A stretch of DNA of 64,000 nt. It comes from an uncultured Gammaproteobacteria bacterium (GTDB lineage Bacteria; Patescibacteriota; Microgenomatia; Daviesbacterales; UBA10151). Every line of letters begins with the position of its first letter. Within the stretch, counting starts at the first letter, position 1. Position numbers and translations under genes: made by a program. Below, one piece after another: positions 43,742 through 53,418 of this stretch. Location: NCBI GenBank assembly GCA_964523905.1, contig CAZFYQ010000004.1, forward strand, positions 31,535 to 95,534. Direction: 5' to 3'. Below the pieces are notes generated by a model, which was not told where the DNA came from, did not search any database, and saw nothing but the letters and a program-made list of their open reading frames with translations.

Positions 43742-45910
43742 CTAATCTCCGATTACTTGAAAGGTGGAACCAGTAGAAGTTTTGGAAACTTCAATGCGGG
43801 AAGGGAATTCTTCTTTTAAACTTTCCAAATGGGTAATAATTAAAATCTTTTCAAAGTCTTCCTTAATAGTATCTAATACCTCGACAATTTTGGTTTGTCC
43901 TTCGGCATCCTGAGTTCCAAATCCTTCATCAATTACCAAAAATTGCAATTTGGCTCCGGCACGACGGGTTAATAATTTTGATAGCGCCAAACGGATAGCG
44001 AAATTTACCCTAAATTGTTCACCGCCGGAATAATTTTCATAAGGCCGATCACCCATTTCATCAGAGATAATAATGTCTAAGGTTTCAACCACTGCATGCA
44101 TTTTCCCCTCACTGGTCTCTACTTTTGTTTTAGTTTCCTTCTGGGTATCAAAGCGAACTTTCATCCGACCATTGGTTAACCGCTCCAGTAGTCGGTTGGC
44201 TTCATCTTCTATTTCCGGAATAGCTGTTTCAATAATCATGGCTTGGATGCCTCTTTTACCAAAAGCTAATGCTAGCTCTTCAAACCCGGCTTTTTCTTTT
44301 TCTAAATTATTTTTCTCGAGCTTTTTTTCTTCAAACAATTTTTCTAATTGCTCTGATCTACTAATTAATTCAGTGGCTTGGCCGAGTAGATTTCTGGCCT
44401 CTTTATCTTCCTGTCTTAAACTATTTAGTGCCAGCTCTTTTTGGCTGACCTCTAAACTAATTTTTCTAACATCTTCATCCAGATTAGGTAATTTATTAAC
44501 TTCCAATTCTATTTTTTCAATTTGGGATTTTTTATTGCTAAATAAAGACCGCAATTCCAAGACCACCTTTTTTTCTGATTCTAAAGTAGCTTGGGCGGCG
44601 ATTAATTTTTCTCTTTTTTCCTGTAAGGCAGATAATTCCATAATCTTTTGATTAATTTTTTGGTAGTTGTCATCATTTATTTTTATTGCATCAAACTCGG
44701 CTTCTAACTTTAAAACTACTTGCTGCTCCTCAGTAGTTTTAATTTCTGTTAAAACACTGGTTAACTTTTTTTGCTCTGTTAAATATTCGTTTTTCACTTT
44801 TTCTTTTTGATCTTTGTTTATTTCCTGACCACAAGTTGGGCATTTAGCACTTTCTTTATCTAGTGCTTCAATATGTGATTTTAGCTCTAGCAATTTTTCA
44901 TCCAAAGTCTCCCGGTCTTTATTTTTTAAAGCCAGTGCGGATTTTGCCTGATTTAATTTATTTTCAATTTCCAGCTTTTTTTGAGATAGTAGATTGTAAT
45001 CTTCTTTTTGTTTCTCTAGAATTTTTAATTCTTTTAATTTTTCATTAAAACTTGGAAGCTCTAACAATGCTGTTTCCAAGTTTTTGATTTTTTCAGCTCT
45101 TGATTTTCCTTGGGATAAAATTTCATTTAGTTCTTGTTGCAGAGAATTTAAAGTTTGTTTTAGATTATTTTGCTGCTCACCAGTAGCATTCAAAGTGGCT
45201 TTGGTTTCAGTTAAAGTTTTTAACTCTTTTTCAATCGATGTAATCTTAATATCCAGTTCGGAAATCTTTTGCTCGGCTTGTAATTTTTTGGCCTGGTTGT
45301 TTTCTTTTTGGGAAAGTTCTGCTTCTATTTCCAGGAATTGATATTCCAGCAGTTTTAGTTTGGCAGATAAATCTTTAACTTTATCTTTAGCTTTTTCTTC
45401 CAGTAAATCGTAGTGGGATAAACCTAAAATGTCGGCTAGGATCCGCTTACGGTCACTGGGACCTTTGGTGGTGAATTCATCAGCATGACCCTGACGAAGA
45501 AATGAAGAATTAGTAAATGTCTCAAAACTTAAATGCAAAGTATCAATAATTTTTTGCTGAGTAGCTTTAATAGTTCCTTCGGTTAAATTGTTTTTCTCAG
45601 ACCACAATTCTAAATTAGTGGAGCCTCCGGATTTTAAAGAGCGTTGTCTTTTTACACTAAATTGATGAGCGCCCAATTCAAAACTAAATTCTACAAACAT
45701 TTGCTGAGCTCCCAAATGAACTAATTGATCAGAGGAATCTCCGGCCCGGGAAGTGCCCCATAAACACCAGGTGATTGCATCAAGTAAAGAAGATTTTCCA
45801 GCCCCATTAGTTCCGGAAATTGCAGCCAGATGAAACTTAGTAAAATCCAGCTCCGGTACATTTTCTCCGTATGAAGTAAAGTTAGCCAGTTTTAAACGAA
45901 CGGGGATCAT
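43742..45910 (-). CDS. sbcC: SbcC/Rad50-like exonuclease ATPase subunit
   Basis: N-terminal Walker A AISGTNGAGKSSLLDAI, long coiled coil, zinc hook CPTCGQE, C-terminal Walker B LQFLVIDEGFG. Confidence 0.8.
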   Translation of the reverse strand: MIPVRLKLANFTSYGENVPELDFTKFHLAAISGTNGAGKSSLLDAITWCLWGTSRAGDSSDQLVHLGAQQMFVEFSFELGAHQFSVKRQRSLKSGGSTNLELWSEKNNLTEGTIKATQQKIIDTLHLSFETFTNSSFLRQGHADEFTTKGPSDRKRILADILGLSHYDLLEEKAKDKVKDLSAKLKLLEYQFLEIEAELSQKENNQAKKLQAEQKISELDIKITSIEKELKTLTETKATLNATGEQQNNLKQTLNSLQQELNEILSQGKSRAEKIKNLETALLELPSFNEKLKELKILEKQKEDYNLLSQKKLEIENKLNQAKSALALKNKDRETLDEKLLELKSHIEALDKESAKCPTCGQEINKDQKEKVKNEYLTEQKKLTSVLTEIKTTEEQQVVLKLEAEFDAIKINDDNYQKINQKIMELSALQEKREKLIAAQATLESEKKVVLELRSLFSNKKSQIEKIELEVNKLPNLDEDVRKISLEVSQKELALNSLRQEDKEARNLLGQATELISRSEQLEKLFEEKKLEKNNLEKEKAGFEELALAFGKRGIQAMIIETAIPEIEDEANRLLERLTNGRMKVRFDTQKETKTKVETSEGKMHAVVETLDIIISDEMGDRPYENYSGGEQFRVNFAIRLALSKLLTRRAGAKLQFLVIDEGFGTQDAEGQTKIVEVLDTIKEDFEKILIITHLESLKEEFPSRIEVSKTSTGSTFQVIGD

Positions 45911-45949
45911 TAGGCTTGCAGTATAAATAAAACTGCTCTTTTTGGCAAT

Positions 45950-47050
45950 CTAGAACTTATCCGTAATAGGACTACCAAGGCCGGTGACCATATCATATCT
46001 TTTCTTGGCAGAGCAAAATAGAGAACAGTCACCATTGGTGCCTTTGTAAACATCGCGAAAGTACTGTGAATATTTTTTAGTAGCATCTGCGTAGAGTTTT
46101 GAAATAACAATATTTTTTCCCAAAGCTCGTATGGCTGCCCACTGCGGAGCTCCGGCACTGGTACCACCAACCGTCATCCAGCCATTTTGATAAACAGAAA
46201 ATCCTGATGCCGGATCTGCATTGTAGGAAACATCTGGTTCCGCTCTTTTGCCATTAATTTTTAAAATTCCAAAATCAGTCTGAAAACTGGGCTCAGCAAT
46301 AAATGCGCTGACTCCGCCGCCACTGCCATTCCAGGCTGTTTCAGAATTCAATTTACCACTGGCATCAAAGTGCAAAGTAGTACCGCCAACACTGATTACT
46401 TTTGGAGAAACTGCCGGCCACTCAACGCCGGAGCCGTTATCACCGGAAGAGGCAAAAAAGCTGGCGCCATATGGAGAAGTGAAATGACTATCATAACTTT
46501 CTTCTGTAGGATATTCCGGACCGCCCCAGCTCATGGAAATGGCAACGACGTCTGAGCGATTTCTGGCGTAGTCTAAAGCGGCAGTTAAACCGGCGCCACT
46601 GGCTGATTTGGCTTCCACCAGCAATATTTTGGCCTTAGGGGCAATCGCATGTGACCACTGAGTATCCAAAGCAGTTTCACCTGACCAGCCGCTATCGGTT
46701 TTAGTTCTCGGATCCATTAGATGGATTTCTAAGCAACCATTTTTCTTAGTGCAGCTGGGTAAACCAAATTGCTTATCGAAAACTGCTAAGTCGCTTTCCA
46801 CAGTAGGTGAGTTATAAGCGCCAATAATGGCGATGGTTCCTTTACCACCGGTTGGGGGTAAATTATAAACAGCTTTAATTTGGTCTGGAGATAAACCAGT
46901 AGGAGTTTTTTGCTGTGAGACTTGAATATGAATTGGAGGATGAGCCTCAAAATCATCAAAACTGCGAGCGAGTAGAGGATTTAATAAACTAGGTAACAAA
47001 AAGAAATAAAGTAGTGCTAAAAGCAGTGAGCGAACAAAAACCGAAACCAT
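45950..47050 (-). CDS. sedolisin-like (S53) secreted serine peptidase
   Basis: Signal peptide MVSVFVRSLLLALLYFFLL; GETALDTQWSHAIAPKAKILLV, SGDNGSG, GGTSAGAPQWAAI (catalytic Ser); start placed at MVSV to avoid overlap with sbcD. Confidence 0.6.
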   Translation of the reverse strand: MVSVFVRSLLLALLYFFLLPSLLNPLLARSFDDFEAHPPIHIQVSQQKTPTGLSPDQIKAVYNLPPTGGKGTIAIIGAYNSPTVESDLAVFDKQFGLPSCTKKNGCLEIHLMDPRTKTDSGWSGETALDTQWSHAIAPKAKILLVEAKSASGAGLTAALDYARNRSDVVAISMSWGGPEYPTEESYDSHFTSPYGASFFASSGDNGSGVEWPAVSPKVISVGGTTLHFDASGKLNSETAWNGSGGGVSAFIAEPSFQTDFGILKINGKRAEPDVSYNADPASGFSVYQNGWMTVGGTSAGAPQWAAIRALGKNIVISKLYADATKKYSQYFRDVYKGTNGDCSLFCSAKKRYDMVTGLGSPITDKF

Positions 47051-47090
47051 ACATTTACCATAAACCCGAATAATACCCCGTGTCAAGTCC

Positions 47091-48242
47091 TCAATTTTCC
47101 AGCAGTTGGGTAGCATATTTTTCCAGTTCTTTTCTTTTTTCTGCAGTGATTTTTTTGGCTTCGAAGTATTTATTTAAGGCCTCAATTGGGGTTAATCTTT
47201 CTACTTCATCAGCTCCTTCTATTTTTAATCTTTCTACCCTTTCAATATTTCTGGAAATGCCGGCAATGTAATGTGCACTGGACAAGGCTTTTTTTATTAA
47301 ATCCATTTTTATTTCTCCATTACAATCAGCAGGAATATTAATAGTTAGTCGAACTACGGTATCTGTAACATCATGCTTTTTAATTTCATCCAAAATTGTT
47401 TGAGTGGGGTCTATATCAGTTGGTTTTAAATTAACTGTCATGGATAAAAATTTCCGGGAGTTAGTGTCAATAAATTTAAAGGTAGTTTTCCCATTTGTAG
47501 GAATATCTACCAGTAAAATTCCCTTAGGTTCTTTTTCTTCACCAAAATCAATCCGATGAGGAGAGCCGGCATATACTACTAAAGGATCAGTTGATAAGAC
47601 TTGATGTTTATGAATATGACCAAGTGCTACATAATCTAATCTTTTATCCTGCAGTAGGGGAAGGGGGATAGTCACATCATTAGCAATGGCCATACCTTTT
47701 TCTGAACCATAACTGGCACCTTCTACTTCACAATGTGACAGAAAAATAGCAGGGGAGTCGGGAGAAATTTTATCATAGAGATTTTTTAATTTATCACCGA
47801 CTGTTTTATATTCATCTTTATGTAACCAGGGCAAAGTAATAATTTGTAAATTACCGGATTTGGTGGAGATGTTTAAAAGTTCTGGTTTGCGGGATACCCA
47901 GACATTATCAATTTCCAAGGCAGAATAAATATCAAGAGTATTGGCTTTACCAGTGGCATTGGGAGTGTCGTGATTGCCCACCACCAAAATAACAGGCATT
48001 TTTTTAGCTAGCTTACTAATTCTTTCACCAAACCCGCGCTGCTGGGTGGGATTAGGATCCCTGGTTTTATATGCATCTCCGGAAAAAATCACAGCATCCA
48101 CATCTTCTTCTATAGCTTTATCCACAATAAAATCAAAGGTTTGAAAAAAATCCAATAATCTGGAGGATAGTCCGGTTTCCGGATCTAATTTCCCGTAATT
48201 TTCCATACCAATATGAATGTCAGAAAAGTGGAGAAGACGCAT
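47091..48242 (-). CDS. sbcD: SbcD/Mre11-like nuclease subunit
   Basis: MRLLHFSDIHIG, VIFSGDAYKTRDP, VILVVGNHD phosphoesterase motifs; start chosen at MRLL rather than the farthest ATG. Confidence 0.8.
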   Translation of the reverse strand: MRLLHFSDIHIGMENYGKLDPETGLSSRLLDFFQTFDFIVDKAIEEDVDAVIFSGDAYKTRDPNPTQQRGFGERISKLAKKMPVILVVGNHDTPNATGKANTLDIYSALEIDNVWVSRKPELLNISTKSGNLQIITLPWLHKDEYKTVGDKLKNLYDKISPDSPAIFLSHCEVEGASYGSEKGMAIANDVTIPLPLLQDKRLDYVALGHIHKHQVLSTDPLVVYAGSPHRIDFGEEKEPKGILLVDIPTNGKTTFKFIDTNSRKFLSMTVNLKPTDIDPTQTILDEIKKHDVTDTVVRLTINIPADCNGEIKMDLIKKALSSAHYIAGISRNIERVERLKIEGADEVERLTPIEALNKYFEAKKITAEKRKELEKYATQLLEN

Positions 48243-48276
48243 GGTAAAAGGGATTTTACCATAACTAAATGTTACA

Positions 48277-49344
48277 ATGTTAGCCATGTTTGCCGAGAGA
48301 ATCACAAGATTAAGACAGCTGTTAATTAAAGAAAAAATAGATGCAGTATTGATTTCAAGTGTTGCAAATATAATTTATCTAACCGGCTATAGTAATTTTT
48401 CTAAAGATGAACGAGAAGCATATTTATTTATCGGTAAAAACTTTGAATATTTAATTACAGATGGAAGGTATACTCAGGCAGTTAAAGAAAAAGTGCCGCA
48501 TTTAACTATTTTTGAAAGGGGCAATGGAAAATCCACTGAAGAGTTATTTAAAAAGCATAAAGAAATTAAAAGTTTAGGAATTGAAGAAGACAATTTAACA
48601 GTTGGTGAATATAAATTTATCAAAAAACATTTCAAAATAATTAAGCATTTTCCAGTAAATCAGCTAAGAGAAATTAAGACTACGGATGAAATTGCCAAAA
48701 TTCAAAAAGCTTGCGAATTAGGAGACCTGGCATTTAAATTTATAGTAGGAGAAATTAAAGTTGGAAAAACAGAAAAGCAAATAGCAGAGGAGTTAGAGGA
48801 ATTTATAAAAAAGCAGGGAGCGCAGTTATCATTTCATACTATAATTGCCTTTGGCGAAAATGCTGCTATCCCACATCACCAAACATCTGATAAACGATTA
48901 ACTATTAACGATAAACTAGTGTTGCTCGATTTCGGCGTGAAGTATCAGGATTATTGTTCAGATATGACCAGAACAATTCTTTTAAAAACAGATCCAAAAT
49001 TACAAAAAATTTATAACACTGTCTTGCAGGCGCAGCAACAAGCAGTTAATTATATTAACGAGCAAATTAAAAACAGTAAAAAAATAATTGCTGAAGAAGT
49101 AGATAAAGCAGCAAGGGAATATATTGCTAATGCCGGATTTCCATCGATCCCTCATTCGCTTGGTCACGGAATCGGTTTAGAAGTGCATGAGCTACCCTAC
49201 ATTTCCGTTAGAAGCAAAGAAGAGCTGCAAGAAGGTATGGTTTTTTCCATTGAACCGGGAATTTATCTGTCTAATTTCGGAGGTATAAGAATAGAAGATT
49301 TATATGTTATAGAAAAAACTGGTTTAAAACAATTAACCGCGTGA
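48277..49344 (+). CDS. Xaa-Pro aminopeptidase (M24B family)
   Basis: HSLGHGIGLEVHE, FSIEPGIY, GGIRIEDLYV. Confidence 0.85.
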   Translation: MLAMFAERITRLRQLLIKEKIDAVLISSVANIIYLTGYSNFSKDEREAYLFIGKNFEYLITDGRYTQAVKEKVPHLTIFERGNGKSTEELFKKHKEIKSLGIEEDNLTVGEYKFIKKHFKIIKHFPVNQLREIKTTDEIAKIQKACELGDLAFKFIVGEIKVGKTEKQIAEELEEFIKKQGAQLSFHTIIAFGENAAIPHHQTSDKRLTINDKLVLLDFGVKYQDYCSDMTRTILLKTDPKLQKIYNTVLQAQQQAVNYINEQIKNSKKIIAEEVDKAAREYIANAGFPSIPHSLGHGIGLEVHELPYISVRSKEELQEGMVFSIEPGIYLSNFGGIRIEDLYVIEKTGLKQLTA

Positions 49345-49638
49345 CTGACCCCACTGAGCCATTTGCTTGAAGATATCTTCAAGGGATTTGCCCTTGGCTG
49401 TTAGAGAATATTCAACATGCAAAGGGATTTCAGCAAAAACTTTGCGGGAAATTATTTTTTCACTTTCCAATTCTTGCAAGCGAACAGATAAAGTTTTAGT
49501 GCTAATTCCATCTAATAGTTTTTGTAACTGACCAAATCTTTTTTTGCCATCAAATAAATTGTGGAGAATATTCATGGTCCATTTACTACCAACTATTTTT
49601 AGAGTTTTTTCTACACCGCATTTCTGATGACATTTCAT
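49333..49638 (-). CDS. HxlR-family winged-helix transcriptional regulator
   Basis: CGVEKTLKIVGSKWTMNILHNLFDGKKRFGQLQKLLDGISTKTLSVRLQELE. Confidence 0.8.
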   Translation of the reverse strand: MKCHQKCGVEKTLKIVGSKWTMNILHNLFDGKKRFGQLQKLLDGISTKTLSVRLQELESEKIISRKVFAEIPLHVEYSLTAKGKSLEDIFKQMAQWGQSRG

Positions 49639-49654
49639 ATAAGTTTTCCCTTGT

Positions 49655-49682
49655 CAAAAACTTGCCATTAGGCAACTTTTTG
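49655..49682. promoter_or_regulatory. inverted repeat caaaaacttgcc-atta-ggcaactttttg (11/12 match) immediately upstream of hxlR
   Basis: Read directly; 17 nt from the hxlR start codon (minus strand). Confidence 0.4.
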
Positions 49683-49695
49683 CAAGCGATCTCCT

Positions 49696-49735
49696 TTGTT
49701 AAAAACAATTTAAAAACAGTATAATTGTTTTTAAC
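49696..49735 (+). promoter_or_regulatory. candidate promoter TTGTTA-N18-TATAAT embedded in a perfect 12-bp inverted repeat gttaaaaacaat-N14-attgtttttaac
   Basis: Read directly; faces the LUD-domain gene at 49803. Confidence 0.45.
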
Positions 49736-49802
49736 TTCAGTCCGATTACTTTCCTTTTTGTTACTACTTTACTTTCTAAAGTATTAAGGTTATTATACTG
49801 CT

Positions 49803-50420
49803 ATGAGTCAATTTGATCAACTAGCAAATAAAGAGTCTGTCGATAAAACCATTGAAGTATTAAAAGCCAATGGCATTAATGCCAAATTTGTTGCAACTGG
49901 TGAAGAAGCCAAAAAAGAAGTACTTTCTATTCTTCCAGAAGGCGCAGAGGTAATGACTATGTCATCTGTTACCATCGACAGTTTAGAAATCTCCAAAGAA
50001 GTGCAAGAATCCGGTAAATATAATTCTGTTAAAAATAAACTAAATAAAATGGATCGGGAAACCCAAAGTTTAGAAATGCTAAAAATCGGATCCGCTCCTG
50101 AATGGTCAGTCGGTAGTGTGCATGCAGTTACTGAGGATGGGCATGTTTTAATTGCCTCTAATACTGGCTCACAATTGCCGGCATATGCTGGAGGAGCAGC
50201 TCATGTGATTTGGGTAGTCGGTACTCAAAAAATTGTTAAATCTGTGGATGAGGGGATTAAAAGAATTGATGAATATATCCTTAATTTAGAATCCGCTCGT
50301 TTAAGCAAAGCCTATGGTAAGGAACTTAAAAGTAATCCTAGTAAATTATTAATTGTTAAAAAGGAAGTTAAACCAGGTCGAATAACTGTTATTTTTGTTG
50401 GAGAAAAGTTAGGTTTTTAA
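49803..50420 (+). CDS. LUD-domain (lactate utilisation protein B/C-like, YkgG/DUF162) protein
   Basis: 205 aa; central SAPEWSVGSVHAVTEDGHVLIASNTGSQL resembles the LUD domain core; divergent from the HxlR regulator. Confidence 0.4.
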   Translation: MSQFDQLANKESVDKTIEVLKANGINAKFVATGEEAKKEVLSILPEGAEVMTMSSVTIDSLEISKEVQESGKYNSVKNKLNKMDRETQSLEMLKIGSAPEWSVGSVHAVTEDGHVLIASNTGSQLPAYAGGAAHVIWVVGTQKIVKSVDEGIKRIDEYILNLESARLSKAYGKELKSNPSKLLIVKKEVKPGRITVIFVGEKLGF

Positions 50421-50971
50421 GTATGGTAAATATGAAAGTCCCCTTCGTATTTATCCTTACCCAGTAAAGTATTTGGTTGATCCTTTTCTGTAACTAGTAT
50501 TTTTTTAACTGGTTTCCAGTTTTTGAAATGAAAAGTTTGGGTAATTACCACTGCCCCCTTTTTTAATCTTTTTTTGAGTAGGGTTTCCAGTTTTGCAACT
50601 CCATTGGGTAATAAAAAGATGAAGATATAATCAGCTGAAGAAAAATCTCTTTTAAAAATATTCCCATGAATAAACTTGGCGTTAGGTAAATTATTTTTTT
50701 TGGCTTTCCATCTTGAGTAAAGAATTCTGATCCAGCTTTGTTCAACTCCATAAGCTCTAGTCCCCATCCTAGCTGCCTCTATTACTACCCTACCATCGCC
50801 ACTACCTAACTCCCAGAACTCCATTCCTTTTTTCAACCCTGCTTGTTTTAAAAGTTTTTTTATACGAGTCATTTTAGTAGGAACATATGGTGCATCAGAT
50901 CCGGCAAACCAAGAAAGTGAAATAAAACAGCCGAGCAGTAGGCCGCCGATAATAATTAAAGTGGAATCCAT
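50417..50971 (-). CDS. class I SAM-dependent methyltransferase with N-terminal membrane anchor
   Basis: WELGSGDGRVVIEAARMG (motif I), ADYIFIFLLP (motif II region). Confidence 0.6.
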   Translation of the reverse strand: MDSTLIIIGGLLLGCFISLSWFAGSDAPYVPTKMTRIKKLLKQAGLKKGMEFWELGSGDGRVVIEAARMGTRAYGVEQSWIRILYSRWKAKKNNLPNAKFIHGNIFKRDFSSADYIFIFLLPNGVAKLETLLKKRLKKGAVVITQTFHFKNWKPVKKILVTEKDQPNTLLGKDKYEGDFHIYHT

Positions 50972-51981
50972 TATTTTCCGAGTATTTTTAGCAGCAATAT
51001 TTTTAATGGCATTAGTTTATCTATGATAGTAAACAAGATATACACTGGCCAGTCTAATACCAAATCATAAGTGCCAATATATTCAGCTAATTTTCCACCA
51101 TATCCCATTTTAAATTTATGGAAACCGTACCAAGGATCTTTTGGATCAGCATTTGGACCAAGAGCCCCCCACATATCAAATTGTTTTAAGTTTAATTTTT
51201 TACCTAACTTAATCGCTTCCCAGGCTATTAAATTATTAGCCATCACTTCCGGATGAGCTTTGGATGAACCACCATAGGGATAGTATAAAGTGTTATTAAA
51301 ATTAAGTAACATCCAAGCGGTCAATGGCTCTTTTCCAAAATAGGCAATTAATAGTCGGGCCATCCCAGTTTCTTTTAAAGTGTCCCAGATCTTCCTATGA
51401 TAATTTTCATTATGTCCGTGGTAACCTTGTCTTTGAGTTGTTTCAAAATAAAGTTTTAAATAGGTATTAAAATCCTTGTCTTCAGTTGTTTCTTTAATTA
51501 CTACCCCATGTTTTTGAGCAACCCGGATGTTATAACGGGTTTTTTGATGCATTTGTTTTAACAATTCTTCTTCAGTCTTAGTTAAATCCAAGACAAAATT
51601 GTATTTTGTAAATAAAGGCTTAGGTGAGTTTTTAAAAGCACTGTTAACTGACAACTGTACACTGTCAGCTTTTTCAAAATTCGGTTCTATTTTAATAAAT
51701 GCACAATTATAATCTTTCCCTATTTTAATTAGGGCTTTAGCTAAATCTGCATCGGGAAAAGGTCCTTTAGGTAAGTAACCGACGTTTTTGCCAAGCAAAG
51801 GAATTTTATGAAGTGTTAGCTGAAAAGCTGTTTTTAATTTACCTTTCTCGTAAAGTCCGTAGCGTAAAACCGGAGTGCCCAATGCCATCCTTGCTTCACC
51901 CCATTGCCATGATTGCATGACATGGGAAACTTTCTGGTTATACTGAGTTTTTTCTTTTTCAGAGATTGGTCTTAGATCCAT
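50971..51981 (-). CDS. FemAB-family peptidoglycan interpeptide bridge aminoacyltransferase
   Basis: HVMQSWQWGE N-terminus, GNAT-like duplicated fold size (336 aa), WEAIKLGKKLNLKQFDMWG. Confidence 0.6.
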   Translation of the reverse strand: MDLRPISEKEKTQYNQKVSHVMQSWQWGEARMALGTPVLRYGLYEKGKLKTAFQLTLHKIPLLGKNVGYLPKGPFPDADLAKALIKIGKDYNCAFIKIEPNFEKADSVQLSVNSAFKNSPKPLFTKYNFVLDLTKTEEELLKQMHQKTRYNIRVAQKHGVVIKETTEDKDFNTYLKLYFETTQRQGYHGHNENYHRKIWDTLKETGMARLLIAYFGKEPLTAWMLLNFNNTLYYPYGGSSKAHPEVMANNLIAWEAIKLGKKLNLKQFDMWGALGPNADPKDPWYGFHKFKMGYGGKLAEYIGTYDLVLDWPVYILFTIIDKLMPLKILLLKILGK

Positions 51982-52001
51982 TTGACCATTATACAGAACA
52001 A

Positions 52002-52697
52002 TTAGAAGATTTGAACGTTGGCTTTTTGTTTTAAGGTTTGGAATTTTTGGCTAAAGATTTGAGAAAGTTTCTGTTGTTGAATCGCATCTGTGGCTTCTTT
52101 TTGTTGACCAGCAGAATCAGTAGCTTTCATTTGGTCTTTATTTTGTTCAATAAATTGATTTACTTCATCAGCGGAAACAGTAGCTTCTTTTTTGTAGAGT
52201 TTGGTAATTGCCAACTGAACTTTAATTTGTTCATTTAAACTGGTTCTGGTTTGTCCTTGTTGAGCTAGTAAACTATCCAAAGCATCTTTGCCACCGACCT
52301 GCTTTTCTAAATCAGCGATTTTTTGATTGATTTCTTGTTGGGTGGGGATATCGCCATTTTTAGCTGCTTCATCGAGGATTATTTTTTCATTAATCATTTG
52401 CGTTAAAGTCTGGGTTCGAAAATCCTGATTTAATTTCATTTGTAGGTCAAGGTTAGTAATTGGCATACCATTAACAGTAGCTGCCACAAACCAGGATTTT
52501 TTATAAATTGCGATTGCCAGTAAAATCACCACAATGACTAAGATGATGCCGTATTTAGAAGAGCGCAACTGAAAAACTTTATCAGGAAAAGTATTTAAAA
52601 AATTATTTAATTTGCCTCCGGGAATAACATTTGAGTTTACGGGTTCTGAGGTGGACTTTTGAATTTTAACTTTTGACCTTTTAGTTTTTACAGCCAT
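52002..52697 (-). CDS. membrane-anchored SurA-N-like chaperone domain protein
   Basis: N-terminal TM, then LDLQMKLNQDFRTQTLTQMINEKIILDEAAKNGDI... resembling the SurA/PrsA N-terminal domain; no PPIase domain. Confidence 0.4.
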   Translation of the reverse strand: MAVKTKRSKVKIQKSTSEPVNSNVIPGGKLNNFLNTFPDKVFQLRSSKYGIILVIVVILLAIAIYKKSWFVAATVNGMPITNLDLQMKLNQDFRTQTLTQMINEKIILDEAAKNGDIPTQQEINQKIADLEKQVGGKDALDSLLAQQGQTRTSLNEQIKVQLAITKLYKKEATVSADEVNQFIEQNKDQMKATDSAGQQKEATDAIQQQKLSQIFSQKFQTLKQKANVQIF

Positions 52698-52719
52698 TGG
52701 CCGATAATAACAGAACTAG

Positions 52720-53418
52720 TTGTTGCTTGGCAAGCGGTCAATTTTGATCTATGATTTAATTATGAATAGAGGTTCTGCCCTGATACCGCTTGTTTTGCTA
52801 CTAGTATTATTAATTTTATCAGCTGGTTATTTTTATGTTCGAAATTTTGGTGTATTTTCTCATGATCAACTATCCGGTAATGCTAGTATATTCTCCCAAA
52901 CCAAAACTCCGGTTAGTAATACTAAAATATATACCAATTCTGAGTTAAAGTTTAAATTTGATTACAGTAATGATTTATCTGTTTTGTCGGAAACTGAAGA
53001 CAGTTATAACAAAAGAGAAGGCGGAGATTTCCGCAGTAACTTTGCCGGCTATGTTGGTTATCAACCAGGAGTATTTGTCGGAGCAGTGGTAGTTCTCGAT
53101 AAAACCAGATCATACAGAGACAATCCCTTTACGGTTTGGGTTTTTGATAACCCCAATAATTTAAGTGTTGATGTCTGGTATGGTAACTATTGGTATTTCC
53201 CATTTGTCTGGGGAGATTTTACCTATAACGGCAAAATCAAAATAGCTCCCACAGGGGAGGCTACTGTCAGTGGTAAGCCAGCCCAAACCGGCATAGTTGA
53301 TTATCAACCCGGCAAACCAAAATTTGTTTACCTGTCCAAGGATCAAAAGATCTATTTATTTAGAATCATCGGCGCCCCAGGAGAAAAAATCCTTTCTACC
53401 TTTAAATTTACTAATTAG
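52720..53418 (+). CDS. secreted hypothetical protein (232 aa)
   Basis: N-terminal TM/signal anchor; aromatic-rich beta-like C-terminal region; no recognisable motif. Confidence 0.35.
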   Translation: MLLGKRSILIYDLIMNRGSALIPLVLLLVLLILSAGYFYVRNFGVFSHDQLSGNASIFSQTKTPVSNTKIYTNSELKFKFDYSNDLSVLSETEDSYNKREGGDFRSNFAGYVGYQPGVFVGAVVVLDKTRSYRDNPFTVWVFDNPNNLSVDVWYGNYWYFPFVWGDFTYNGKIKIAPTGEATVSGKPAQTGIVDYQPGKPKFVYLSKDQKIYLFRIIGAPGEKILSTFKFTN

